A stretch of DNA of 32,000 nt from contig JBBIMK010000018.1 of the NCBI GenBank assembly GCA_037444445.1, forward strand, positions 1-32,000, given 5' to 3'. This document shows, in pieces, positions 6,627-15,380 of the stretch. The position numbers and the translations under genes are program-made. The first letter of the stretch is position 1. Every line of letters begins with the position of its first letter. A model generated the notes under the pieces. That model saw nothing but the letters and a program-made list of their open reading frames with translations, ran no database searches and was not told the origin of the DNA. The stretch is from a bacterium (lineage in GTDB: Bacteria > UBP7 > UBA6624 > JBBIMK01).

Positions 6627-9398
6627 ATGGAAGGAACAAACCGCAAGAACCTCCTTTCCTTCCACCCTGTGCTGAATGACACGCACAGAAATATGGACGG
6701 CACGGAGGCTGAAGGTGGATGCGGTGTTATCGGGCTGGCTTGCACAGAGCCCGTGGCAGGAAAACATATCCTTCAGCCCTCCCTGCAGATGCATAATCGG
6801 GGGAATGGGAAAGGGGGCGGGCTTGCCGCAGTGGGGCTGAATCCCACCCAGATGATGGTCAGCCCGGAAACCCTGGAACAGGATTACCTGATTCAGGTTG
6901 CCCTTCTGGACCCCACTGCAAAAAAAGAGGTGGAGTCCCTGTTCCTGGAACCTTACTATGAGATTCATCAGGGATACGAGATTCCCCATGTGGCAGACTA
7001 CCACGACATTTCAGGGCTGGAGGTTCGTCCTCCAGACATCCTCCGCTATTTCGTTCGCGTCAAACCCTCGGTTCTGGAAGAATTCGTCATCTCCTGCCGG
7101 AGGCAGAGAGGGCTACGCCCAAAAATTCCACTTCCCGCCTCACTTGCCGGATACGAGGATGAGTTCGTGTATCAAAATACCTACCGTCTGAATCAAACTC
7201 TGTATGCATCGTTGGGCGAAAAACGGGCTTTCGTCCTCTCTCACGGGAAAAATATGCTGGTATTTAAAATTGTGGGCTATGCGGAGCAGGCAGTTTATTA
7301 CTATCAACTGGAGAACCTCCAGGCACACATCTGGATTTCCCACCAGCGGTATCCCACCAAGGGGAAGGTCTGGCATCCTGGCGGTGCCCATCCTTTCGTT
7401 GGGCTACACGAAGCCCTGGTACACAACGGAGATTTTGCCAATTACCATTCTATTTCTGAATATCTGAAGCAAAGGGGCATCTACCCCCTATTTCTCACCG
7501 ACACAGAAGTTTCTGCCTTATTATTTGATTTATTGAAGCGGGTCTACAGGTATCCACTGGAGTATGTGATAGAGGCGCTGGCACCGACAACGGAGCGGGA
7601 TTTTGTTCTCCTACCGCCTGAGAAGCAGGAAATCTATCGGGCAATCCAGGCGACACACATACACGGCTCCCCGGATGGTCCCTGGTTCTTCATCATTGCC
7701 CGGAATGACCCGTTAGAAAAAACGATGCAACTGATAGGAATTACCGACACATCCATGCTTCGCCCGCAGGTTTTCGCCCTCGCTCACACACCTGAAGGCA
7801 GTGGATTTCAGCCGGTTCATCTGGGCTTGATTGCTTCCGAAAAGCAAGCCATTGATGCTGTGCTACGGAGTCTTCGCTCGGAAGACCTTCGCTTCTCCCT
7901 TTTCGCGGATCAATACTGGAACGCCCGCGGCGGTAGCCACACCGACGGCGGTGCCTTTATCTTCTCCCTCAAGAACCAAAAGTTATCTTGCACCGATAAA
8001 TTCGGAAAAGTTGTGAAACTGCCTGATGACCAGTGGTGTACTTATAACCCCGACTGGATTCAGTCCTGGGAAAGGGAACATCCGGAAGAATTGAAGCAGA
8101 GTCAGGAAACTATGAGAAGATGGGTGGAATTCTTCGGGCGGAGGGAGGATCCCTTCCTTTTTTTCCAGTTTCTAAATGGTGAAATAGAATTCCCTCATTC
8201 AGGTTATCACAAATGGCACCGGTTGAAAACCATGGGGTATTCCTCTTACGAGCACCTGGGGCAGGCTCTACGGGAGTGGGCTGAGCAAAGTGTAAGACAG
8301 GGTCTATTCGCCATTGAGGTTCTTACTCTTTTAATTGACCGCAGGTATGACATTGGGGCGAAGAGGAGATGTTCCCTGCTCACCCTCCTTCACGGGGCCC
8401 TGTACAAAATTTTTCAGGATATACCCTGTATAGATGAGCAGAATGGAAAATGGGAAAAGGGGGAAGAGAATCAGGCATTTTTTACTTATCCACCGCCTGC
8501 CTCACTGGAGGCTCATTTAGTGAGAGTGGATTGGAAGAGGCGAGAAACATTGAGCCGGGCTCCCTCCCCCACCAGTGTTCTGGTAGTGGATGTGGGTAAC
8601 TTCCCCCCGGAAGGTGAGGGAAGCATCTCGGAATTTCTGGTGAAAGGATACCGCATGGGCTGGAGAGAATTTATCACTTATAACTGGCAGGGTCAGAGGT
8701 TCTGCGGTTGCGGGATGGGGTCCAACTCTCGCGGTGTTCGCATACAGGTCTACGGCTGCCCTGGCGACTATCTGGCCAGCGGGCTGGACGGCGGTGAAAT
8801 CATCGTTCACGGTAGTGGGCAGGACCAGCTCGCCCAGATTATGAAAGACGGCAAACTGGTCATCCACGGCGATGTGGGGCAGACATTTTTATACGGAGCC
8901 AAGGGGGGCGAAATCTATGTCCTCGGCAATGCCGCTGGCCGTCCCCTCATCAACGCCGTGGGGAGACCCAGAGTCGTGATCAACGGCACCTGCCTGGATT
9001 ATCTCGCTGAATCCTTTATGGCAGGAAACCCGTTAAAAGGGGGCGGGTTCGTTATCCTCAATGGCGTTTACTTTGATGAACACGGCAGGCTGAAAGAAAT
9101 GGACACCCCTTATCCCGGCGGGAATATCTTCTCCCTGGCCTCCGGCGGCGCCATCTACCTTAGAGACCCCCAAAAAAGAGTAGAAGCCAATCAACTCAAC
9201 GGAGGTCGTTTCGCCTCCCTCTCCGGGGATGACTGGCAACTCATCCTCCCTTATCTGCAAGAGAATGAAAGACTATTTGGTATTCGTGTAGAGGATTTAC
9301 TCACGGTAGATGGAGAAAGGCTTCCACCGCAGGAGGTCTACCGCAAGGTGGAGGCTGTGCCGTTAAGCATTCTCGCCACCATCACTGCCCACCAGTGA
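6627..9398 (+). CDS. Fusion of a class-II (Ntn) glutamine amidotransferase domain and a glutamate synthase GXGXG domain (GltB domains 1 + 3-like)
   Basis: N-terminal part: GGCGVIGLA (candidate nucleophile Cys32), HNRGNGKGGGLA, HQRYPTKG...AHPF...LVHNGDFANY. C-terminal part: GQRFCGCGMGSNSRGVRIQVYGCPGDYLASGLDGGEIIVHGSGQDQLAQIMKDGKLVIHGDVGQTFLYGAKGGEIYVLGNAAGRPL, which shows the repeated GXGXG-type beta-helix pattern. ATG 6627 lies 9 nt after GGAG and 2 nt after the upstream stop. Confidence 0.85.
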   Translation: MEGTNRKNLLSFHPVLNDTHRNMDGTEAEGGCGVIGLACTEPVAGKHILQPSLQMHNRGNGKGGGLAAVGLNPTQMMVSPETLEQDYLIQVALLDPTAKKEVESLFLEPYYEIHQGYEIPHVADYHDISGLEVRPPDILRYFVRVKPSVLEEFVISCRRQRGLRPKIPLPASLAGYEDEFVYQNTYRLNQTLYASLGEKRAFVLSHGKNMLVFKIVGYAEQAVYYYQLENLQAHIWISHQRYPTKGKVWHPGGAHPFVGLHEALVHNGDFANYHSISEYLKQRGIYPLFLTDTEVSALLFDLLKRVYRYPLEYVIEALAPTTERDFVLLPPEKQEIYRAIQATHIHGSPDGPWFFIIARNDPLEKTMQLIGITDTSMLRPQVFALAHTPEGSGFQPVHLGLIASEKQAIDAVLRSLRSEDLRFSLFADQYWNARGGSHTDGGAFIFSLKNQKLSCTDKFGKVVKLPDDQWCTYNPDWIQSWEREHPEELKQSQETMRRWVEFFGRREDPFLFFQFLNGEIEFPHSGYHKWHRLKTMGYSSYEHLGQALREWAEQSVRQGLFAIEVLTLLIDRRYDIGAKRRCSLLTLLHGALYKIFQDIPCIDEQNGKWEKGEENQAFFTYPPPASLEAHLVRVDWKRRETLSRAPSPTSVLVVDVGNFPPEGEGSISEFLVKGYRMGWREFITYNWQGQRFCGCGMGSNSRGVRIQVYGCPGDYLASGLDGGEIIVHGSGQDQLAQIMKDGKLVIHGDVGQTFLYGAKGGEIYVLGNAAGRPLINAVGRPRVVINGTCLDYLAESFMAGNPLKGGGFVILNGVYFDEHGRLKEMDTPYPGGNIFSLASGGAIYLRDPQKRVEANQLNGGRFASLSGDDWQLILPYLQENERLFGIRVEDLLTVDGERLPPQEVYRKVEAVPLSILATITAHQ

Positions 9399-9501
9399 AA
9401 ATAGAGCCCAGAGATGAACCGGCCTGCCCCCCCAATCCATTCATAAATCACAGGGATTTAGAGTTCATCGTTTCTACCTGGTTGACTTTTCCCGGCATCC
9501 C

Positions 9502-9538
9502 GGTAAGGCAATCCGGAATCCTTACCCCCTACTTTTTT
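9502..9538 (+). terminator. Possible terminator hairpin after the glutamate-synthase-like cluster
   Basis: GGTAAGG (9502-9508) pairs with CCTTACC (9520-9526) around an 11 nt loop. A T6 run at 9533-9538 follows, but it is separated from the stem by 6 nt. Confidence 0.35.
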
Positions 9539-9593
9539 CCCCGACAGGCACAGGCGTAACTGGTTCCTGGGGACCGGCACCGGGCAAGGGATG

Positions 9594-9602
9594 TGCTATA
9601 AT
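9594..9602 (+). promoter_or_regulatory. Extended -10 promoter element (TGcTATAAT) immediately upstream of infB
   Basis: TG lies at 9594-9595 and TATAAT at 9597-9602. The infB ATG at 9608 begins 6 nt after the -10 element. There is no Shine-Dalgarno between them and no good -35. Confidence 0.35.
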
Positions 9603-9607
9603 ATGTT

Positions 9608-11779
9608 ATGATGCGAGAATTACGGGTTTATGAATATGCAAAAGAGAAGGGATTGTCCAGTCAGGAGGTGCTGGAGATTCTTCGTTCAAAAGGGGTGGCA
9701 GTGAAGTCCCATGTGAATAAGTTAACAGAAGAGCAATGGAAGGTGGTAGACAGGGAACTGGCATTACGGGCGAAAGAAAAAGAAAAGGCGCCCCCTCCAG
9801 TTGTTGAGCCTCCCCGGGTGGAAAAGAAAGAGGAACTTTCGGAGCCTCCTGCTTTGCCTCCGGAGGAGCCAGTGAAAGTGAGTGAACTTCCCCCAAAACT
9901 TTCCCGGGAAAAGGGAGAAATGCCATTGGGTGTTCGGACGAGGCCAATTTTTAAAATCCCCTCAAAAGTCCGGAAGACTCCCGAGACAGTAGTGAAGCCT
10001 CCAGAGCGTAAGAAAGCCTTCCGGGTGAAACCCGGTATTACTTTGAGTGAGCTCTCCCGAACCATTGGCGTCTCAATCCCGGATATGATGGATTTTTTGA
10101 TGAAGCAGGGCTTTTTGATACCCCAGAATAAGCCATTACCGGAGGAACTTATCCTACAAATTGCTCGGCATTTCAAGGTTGAGATAGAACTTCAGAAGAG
10201 AGTGGAAGAAGCGGGGGAGATCCCGGATGATTCAGTGGCAGAGCGGATGACGGAACGCCCGCCGATAATCACCGTGATGGGGCATGTAGACCACGGAAAA
10301 ACTCTGCTGTTGGACGCCATTCGGAAAAGTCGGGTGGCAGAGAAGGAAGTGGGGGGAATCACCCAGAAAATTGGCGCTTACCAGGTGGAAGTGAAAGGGA
10401 AGAAAATCACTTTCATTGACACACCCGGGCATAAAGCCTTTACATCTATGCGGGCTCACGGAGCCCGGATTACGGACATTGCCGTGCTTGTGGTGGCCGC
10501 CGATGAGGGAGTGAAACCTCAAACTCTGGAGGCTCTGGACCATATCCGCGCCGCTCAGGTGGAGATGATTGTGGCAGTGAACAAAATTGACAAGCCCAAT
10601 GCTCAAGTAGAGAAAGTGAAGAAAGAGCTGTCCGACCTGGGCGTGGTACCTGATGACTGGGGCGGGGATGTGCTGTTCGTCCCCGTCTCTGCCAAAACGA
10701 CGGAGGGGATTGATTCTCTCCTTGAAGCCATCCTGATTGTGGCGGACCTGTTAGAGTTAAAAGCGGACCCGGAGGCACGCCCCCGCGCCACCGTGATTGA
10801 AGCCTCCCAGAGTAAAGAGTTCGGGAAAAATGCCACCGTGATTGTGGAAAATGGAACTCTGAGAAAAGGAGACCTCGTAGTGATTGGCTCAACCTGGGGA
10901 CGGATTAAGGTCTTGATGGATGAGAATCTCAATCCTGTGAAAGAAGCACTTCCTGGCACGCCCGTGAGGATAGTGGGTTTGGCCGGTGTGCCGAAGCCGG
11001 GAGACCGCCTCTGGAAAGCGGCGGATGAACGGGAAATACGAAGATGGATGGAAAGTCAAAAAGAACCTGTGGAGGAAGAGTCCCTGCCCCGAACGGTCAA
11101 ACTGGAAGATTTCATGGAGCGCTCCAGAGAAGAGAAAATCAAAGAACTGCGCCTCGTCTTGAAAGCATCCTCCCAGGGGGCACTGGAAGCTCTGAAAAAA
11201 GAAACGGCAGAAATACCCACAGGCGAAATGGAGTTAAAAGTCCTCCGGACAGGTGTGGGCGACATCACCAGTTCAGATGTCCTCCTGGCGGCCGCTTCCA
11301 GGGCTGTCGTGATGGGTTTTGATGTGGGTGTAGAGCCTTCGGCAGTTCAAGAGGCTTCCTGCCACGGCGTAGACATCCGAATATACTCCGTAATTTTTGA
11401 AGTGGTAGAAGATGTGAAGAGAGCCCTTTTGGGATTGGCGCCTCCGGAGGAGGTGGAGGAAGAAATCGGCGAGGCGGAAGTGAAGGCCATCTTTCGGATT
11501 ACCACTCAGGGGGCTGTCGCGGGCGCTCTGGTTCGCAAAGGAGTGCTGGAACGCGCCCGAAAAATCGTCGTCTACCGGAATGGTTCCGACATCTTTACCG
11601 GCATCCTTTCCTCTCTCCGCCGCTTCACCGAAGATGTCCCCCGGGTGTCTGCAGGCTATGAATGCGGCATCGGCATTGAAGGCATCAAAGACCTTCAGGA
11701 AGGCGACCTGATCCGATGCTACAAAATGACGGAGAAAAAGAAAACAGCCGGAGAAATCCTCAGCGCCCCTACCGAATAA
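9608..11779 (+). CDS. infB: Translation initiation factor IF-2
   Basis: IF2 N-terminal motif: RVYEYAKEKGLSSQEVLEIL. GTPase motifs: GHVDHGKTLLLD, DTPGH, NKID. The protein is 723 aa with a typical charged linker. Confidence 0.97.
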   Translation: MMRELRVYEYAKEKGLSSQEVLEILRSKGVAVKSHVNKLTEEQWKVVDRELALRAKEKEKAPPPVVEPPRVEKKEELSEPPALPPEEPVKVSELPPKLSREKGEMPLGVRTRPIFKIPSKVRKTPETVVKPPERKKAFRVKPGITLSELSRTIGVSIPDMMDFLMKQGFLIPQNKPLPEELILQIARHFKVEIELQKRVEEAGEIPDDSVAERMTERPPIITVMGHVDHGKTLLLDAIRKSRVAEKEVGGITQKIGAYQVEVKGKKITFIDTPGHKAFTSMRAHGARITDIAVLVVAADEGVKPQTLEALDHIRAAQVEMIVAVNKIDKPNAQVEKVKKELSDLGVVPDDWGGDVLFVPVSAKTTEGIDSLLEAILIVADLLELKADPEARPRATVIEASQSKEFGKNATVIVENGTLRKGDLVVIGSTWGRIKVLMDENLNPVKEALPGTPVRIVGLAGVPKPGDRLWKAADEREIRRWMESQKEPVEEESLPRTVKLEDFMERSREEKIKELRLVLKASSQGALEALKKETAEIPTGEMELKVLRTGVGDITSSDVLLAAASRAVVMGFDVGVEPSAVQEASCHGVDIRIYSVIFEVVEDVKRALLGLAPPEEVEEEIGEAEVKAIFRITTQGAVAGALVRKGVLERARKIVVYRNGSDIFTGILSSLRRFTEDVPRVSAGYECGIGIEGIKDLQEGDLIRCYKMTEKKKTAGEILSAPTE

Positions 11780-11783
11780 AGCC

Positions 11784-12065
11784 ATGTTTACGGGCAGTGG
11801 TTATGTGATTCTGCACTTGCTCCATGCAGGCTCCTTAAAGGAGAAAAGGCGAATGGTCAAGCACATTCTGGCGAACCTTCAGTTGAAATTCAAAGTGGCC
11901 GTTGCAGAAGTGGGATATCAAGATAAATGGCAGATGTGCAAAATTGCCTTCGCCACCGTGGGAGCCCGCCACAAGGATGTAGAACAATTTGCCACCCGAA
12001 TTCTCAATTACCTGGATGACCTGGAGGGTATAGAAGTTCTGGAAAGGAATCTACAGGTGATATAG
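11784..12065 (+). CDS. DUF503 (YlxP-like) protein
   Basis: 93 aa. GSLKEKRRMVKHILANLQLKFKVAVAEVGYQDKWQ is typical of the DUF503 family, and the position between infB and rbfA is conserved. Confidence 0.8.
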   Translation: MFTGSGYVILHLLHAGSLKEKRRMVKHILANLQLKFKVAVAEVGYQDKWQMCKIAFATVGARHKDVEQFATRILNYLDDLEGIEVLERNLQVI

Positions 12066-12425
12066 ATGAAACTTTATAGAAGAGAAAAAATAGAACGGAT
12101 CTTTCGGGATGACATCAGCCGTGCCATATCCCGAATGAAGGATCCCCGTCTGGGATTTGTTACCCTCACCCGTGTAAAACTCTCGGAAGACTTCAAGCAC
12201 CTGAAAGTAGGTGTGAGCGTCCTCGGCGACCGGGAAATGAAAAAACACTCCCTCCAGGCCCTCCACTCCGCTACCGGCTTTATCCGCTCTTACCTGAAAA
12301 AACACATCCATATCCGGATTATCCCCGAACTTCATATCGTGCTGGATGAAAGGTTTGAAGAAGCTGAACGTGTCTATCAAATCCTGCGCTCCATCCAGAA
12401 AGAAAAGCAAGATGAAGCAGGATAA
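12066..12425 (+). CDS. rbfA: Ribosome-binding factor A
   Basis: 119 aa. RREKIERIFRDDISRAISRMKDPRLGFVTLTRVKLSEDFKHLKV matches the RbfA KH-like fold signature, and the gene lies in infB-rbfA-truB synteny. Confidence 0.93.
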   Translation: MKLYRREKIERIFRDDISRAISRMKDPRLGFVTLTRVKLSEDFKHLKVGVSVLGDREMKKHSLQALHSATGFIRSYLKKHIHIRIIPELHIVLDERFEEAERVYQILRSIQKEKQDEAG

Positions 12426-13389
12426 GATTCTACCTCTTTTGCAGAGCGCTCGGAATATCTTGCTGGTTACCCATAAAAACCCGGATGGAGATGGAGTAGG
12501 AGCAGTGGTAGCTCTCTCTTTATCTCTGGAAAGGGCTTCCAAAAGGATTTACCCTGTTATTGAGGATCCCATTTCTGCCGTCTATTCCTCTTTAGCGGGT
12601 GTGGAAAAGATACAACGAACGCTTCCACCGGATACAGACAAGATAGACCTGGGCTTTAGCCTGGACGCCGCCGATATGATGCGGTTTACACCGACCGTCC
12701 GTGAAGTCCTGGAACACCGCCGATTTCCGCTGGTGAACCTGGACCATCATCCCGGAAATCAGGGGTTTGGGGATATCAACATACTGGACGCGCAAGCCTG
12801 CTCCACTGCCATGCTGGTCTTCCGCTTTCTGAAGGAAGTTCAACTTCCCATCACCCCGGACATTGCCTCCGCTCTGTATGTGGGATACCTGATTGACACC
12901 GGGCGGTTTTCCTTCCAGAACACCACCGCTGAAACCCTGCGGGATGCGATGGAACTGGTTCAACTGGGAGCGGACCCCTATCGCATGAATTCACTCCTGT
13001 ATTTTTCTCTTCCCCGGTCGCACTTGAAACTTCTTGGGCGGAGCCTGGAACGCTTCTCCCTCCTGAATGGAACACGCCTGGGATGGAGTCAACTTCACCG
13101 ACAGGATTTCCAGGATGTAAATGCAGACCCTTCGGATGTGGAGGGAATCCCTGAGTTCCTTCTGACGGGTCAGGATGTGGATATTATTCTTTTATTCGTG
13201 GAGAGCATACAGGATGACCGCATACGCATAAGTTTTCGCTCCAAGGGCGACATAGACATCTCTCATCTGGCGAGGGCATTGGGGGGCGGTGGCCACAGAA
13301 ATGCCGCCGGCGCTCAGATGCCAGGACCCCTCCAGGAAGTGATCCAGTATGTCCTCCGTCAAGCCTCTACCTTTCTGTCTACTCCATGA
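12412..13389 (+). CDS. nrnA: DHH/DHHA1 phosphoesterase (NrnA-type oligoribonuclease / pAp phosphatase)
   Basis: Motifs: HKNPDGDGVGA, NLDHHPGN, GGGHRNAAGA. The start is taken at ATG 12412 (MKQDKILPLL), which overlaps the rbfA end by 14 nt. The track start at 12346 lies deep inside rbfA. Confidence 0.88.
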   Translation: MKQDKILPLLQSARNILLVTHKNPDGDGVGAVVALSLSLERASKRIYPVIEDPISAVYSSLAGVEKIQRTLPPDTDKIDLGFSLDAADMMRFTPTVREVLEHRRFPLVNLDHHPGNQGFGDINILDAQACSTAMLVFRFLKEVQLPITPDIASALYVGYLIDTGRFSFQNTTAETLRDAMELVQLGADPYRMNSLLYFSLPRSHLKLLGRSLERFSLLNGTRLGWSQLHRQDFQDVNADPSDVEGIPEFLLTGQDVDIILLFVESIQDDRIRISFRSKGDIDISHLARALGGGGHRNAAGAQMPGPLQEVIQYVLRQASTFLSTP

Positions 13390-14264
13390 TTGGATTCCTC
13401 GGCTTGATTAAACCCCCTTTTATGTCTTCCTTTGATGTGATACGCTATCTTCGGCGTCTGGGCGTGAAAGAAAAAATGGGACATACAGGCACCCTGGACA
13501 ACCTGGGGATGGGAGTTCTGACGCTGGCGGTGGGGAAAGCCACCCGCCTCGTAGAATTCTATATGCGTGAGAAAAGATACTGCGCCGAAATTACCCTGGG
13601 CATCACCACCGATACTCACGATGTGGAAGGGAAAGTCCTGGCAAATCGGGTAGAGGAAATCCCTTTATACACCCGGGAGGACATCCTGAAATCGCTGGCC
13701 GGGTTTCACGGAGAAATGGAGCAGGTTCCCCCCGAGCACTCTGCGAAAAAACTGGATGGTCATCGCGCCTATGAACTCGCCAGAAAGGGGGTGGCAGTCC
13801 ACCTGAAGCCACAGAGAATTAAAATTCACCGGATAGAACTCCTGAGCCTCAGTAACGAGAAGCCGCAGCGACTTCTGGTAGATGTCCATTGCTCCACTGG
13901 CACATATTTACGGGGAATAGCACGGGACCTGGGCGAAAAAATTGGCTCCGGTGCCACCCTCACTTTCCTGGTCCGGACTTACGCTTGCCCTTTTTCTATT
14001 GAAGAGTGCGCAACTCTGGAAGAAATTCAGAAAGCCGGCGGGATTTCCCCCTTCCTGAAACCTCCAGATGTGGGGCTCACCGACTTTCCCCGCTTCACCC
14101 TCACAGAATCCGAAAAAAGGCTCCTCTTAATGGGGAAAAAATTACGCGTCGGCAGAGGCTTCTCCTACCGATACTACCGCCTGTATTCCCCCTCTAACGA
14201 GTTCCTTGCTATCGGAGTGAAACAGGGCTCGTTTCTCAGTCCTTATAAAAGGATGGTGTCTTGA
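13386..14264 (+). CDS. truB: tRNA pseudouridine(55) synthase
   Basis: GHTGTLDNLGMGVLTLAVGKATRL contains the catalytic Asp motif. The start forms an ATGA overlap with nrnA. Confidence 0.95.
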   Translation: MIGFLGLIKPPFMSSFDVIRYLRRLGVKEKMGHTGTLDNLGMGVLTLAVGKATRLVEFYMREKRYCAEITLGITTDTHDVEGKVLANRVEEIPLYTREDILKSLAGFHGEMEQVPPEHSAKKLDGHRAYELARKGVAVHLKPQRIKIHRIELLSLSNEKPQRLLVDVHCSTGTYLRGIARDLGEKIGSGATLTFLVRTYACPFSIEECATLEEIQKAGGISPFLKPPDVGLTDFPRFTLTESEKRLLLMGKKLRVGRGFSYRYYRLYSPSNEFLAIGVKQGSFLSPYKRMVS

Positions 14265-14267
14265 ATC

Positions 14268-15380
14268 ATGAAAGAGGATGATTTTCACGACCTGGTGAAT
14301 CCCCATATTCTGAAATTATCCCCCTATGTTCCGGGGAAGCCCATAGAGGAAGTTCAGAGAGAACTTGGATTGAAAGAAATCCACAAACTGGCTTCCAACG
14401 AAAGTTGTGTGGGAACTTCCTCCCTGGCTCAACAGCGACTGATGGAATATGCCAGCCAATTATATCTATACCCGGATAGCACCTGCTATTCCCTCCGCCA
14501 GGCACTGGCAAAAAAACATCAAGTGGGAATGGACTCCATTCTGGTGAGCAATGGAGCGGTAGAAATTCTTTATTTCCTGGCAGTGGCTCTATTGAGTTCC
14601 CAGGATGAGGTGATTGCGGGAGAAGTTTCATTCGCCATGTATCCGGTGGTCACCCAGTTAATGAACGCCACACTGGTAAAGACCCCGATGACAGATTTCC
14701 GGCTGGATTTGAAAGCTATGGCTCGTGCGGTCACGGGTCGCACGAAAGTAATTTTCATTGACAATCCCAACAATCCGGCGGGCACCATTGTCACCCGTCA
14801 GGAAGTGGAAACCCTGCTGGAAATGATTCCGCCCCGGGTGCTGGTGGTTTTTGATGAAGCCTATGTGGAATTTGTAGAGTCCCCTGATTTCCCGGACACC
14901 CTCTCGTATTTGAGGGACGGAAGGCGAGTGGCTGTTCTACGGACCTTCTCCAAAAACTATGGGCTGGCGGGATTACGGGCTGGTTATATTCTGGGGCCTC
15001 CCGCTTTGATGGAGATTCTCAGAAGAGTGCAACCACCGTTTAATGTGAATGCAGCCGCCCAAGCGGCTGCCCTGGCTGCCTTAGACGATGACACCCATCT
15101 GAAGACCACGGTCAAAGTCACCCGAAAAGAAAAAAGGTTCTTATATGAAGGGTTTGACCGCCTGCATCTGTTTTATGTACCCAGTGAGAGCAATTTTATC
15201 CTGGTAAACACAGGAATTAATGCCATAGAATTCTTCCAGCAACTCCTCCAGGAAGGAATCATCGTTCGCCCGGTGGGACCGGCACTTCCCACCTTTGTTC
15301 GCATCAGCGTAGGCTCTCACGAGGCGAACAACAGACTTCTGGAGAGCATTGAGAAGATTCTCGCTGGCGCTATGGAATGA
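14268..15380 (+). CDS. hisC: Histidinol-phosphate aminotransferase (class II PLP aminotransferase)
   Basis: Motifs: LSPYVPGKPIEEVQRELG, KLASNES, NPNNPAGT, and FSKNYGLAGLRAGY with the PLP lysine. Confidence 0.85.
   Translation: MKEDDFHDLVNPHILKLSPYVPGKPIEEVQRELGLKEIHKLASNESCVGTSSLAQQRLMEYASQLYLYPDSTCYSLRQALAKKHQVGMDSILVSNGAVEILYFLAVALLSSQDEVIAGEVSFAMYPVVTQLMNATLVKTPMTDFRLDLKAMARAVTGRTKVIFIDNPNNPAGTIVTRQEVETLLEMIPPRVLVVFDEAYVEFVESPDFPDTLSYLRDGRRVAVLRTFSKNYGLAGLRAGYILGPPALMEILRRVQPPFNVNAAAQAAALAALDDDTHLKTTVKVTRKEKRFLYEGFDRLHLFYVPSESNFILVNTGINAIEFFQQLLQEGIIVRPVGPALPTFVRISVGSHEANNRLLESIEKILAGAME

Noticed and set aside
6160-7004. Minus-strand ORFs of 159, 78 and 127 aa across the junction of the two glutamate-synthase-like genes
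   Set aside because: They lie antisense to sequence encoding strongly conserved GltS motifs and have no motifs of their own.
9606-10176. Two minus-strand ORFs (113 and 171 aa) at the 5' end of infB
   Set aside because: They lie antisense to the conserved IF-2 N-terminal and linker region. Their Pro/Ser/Gly-rich translations are typical of shadow frames.
12346-12411. Longer start for nrnA at 12346
   Set aside because: It would overlap rbfA by 80 nt. The DHH-family N-terminus fits ATG 12412.
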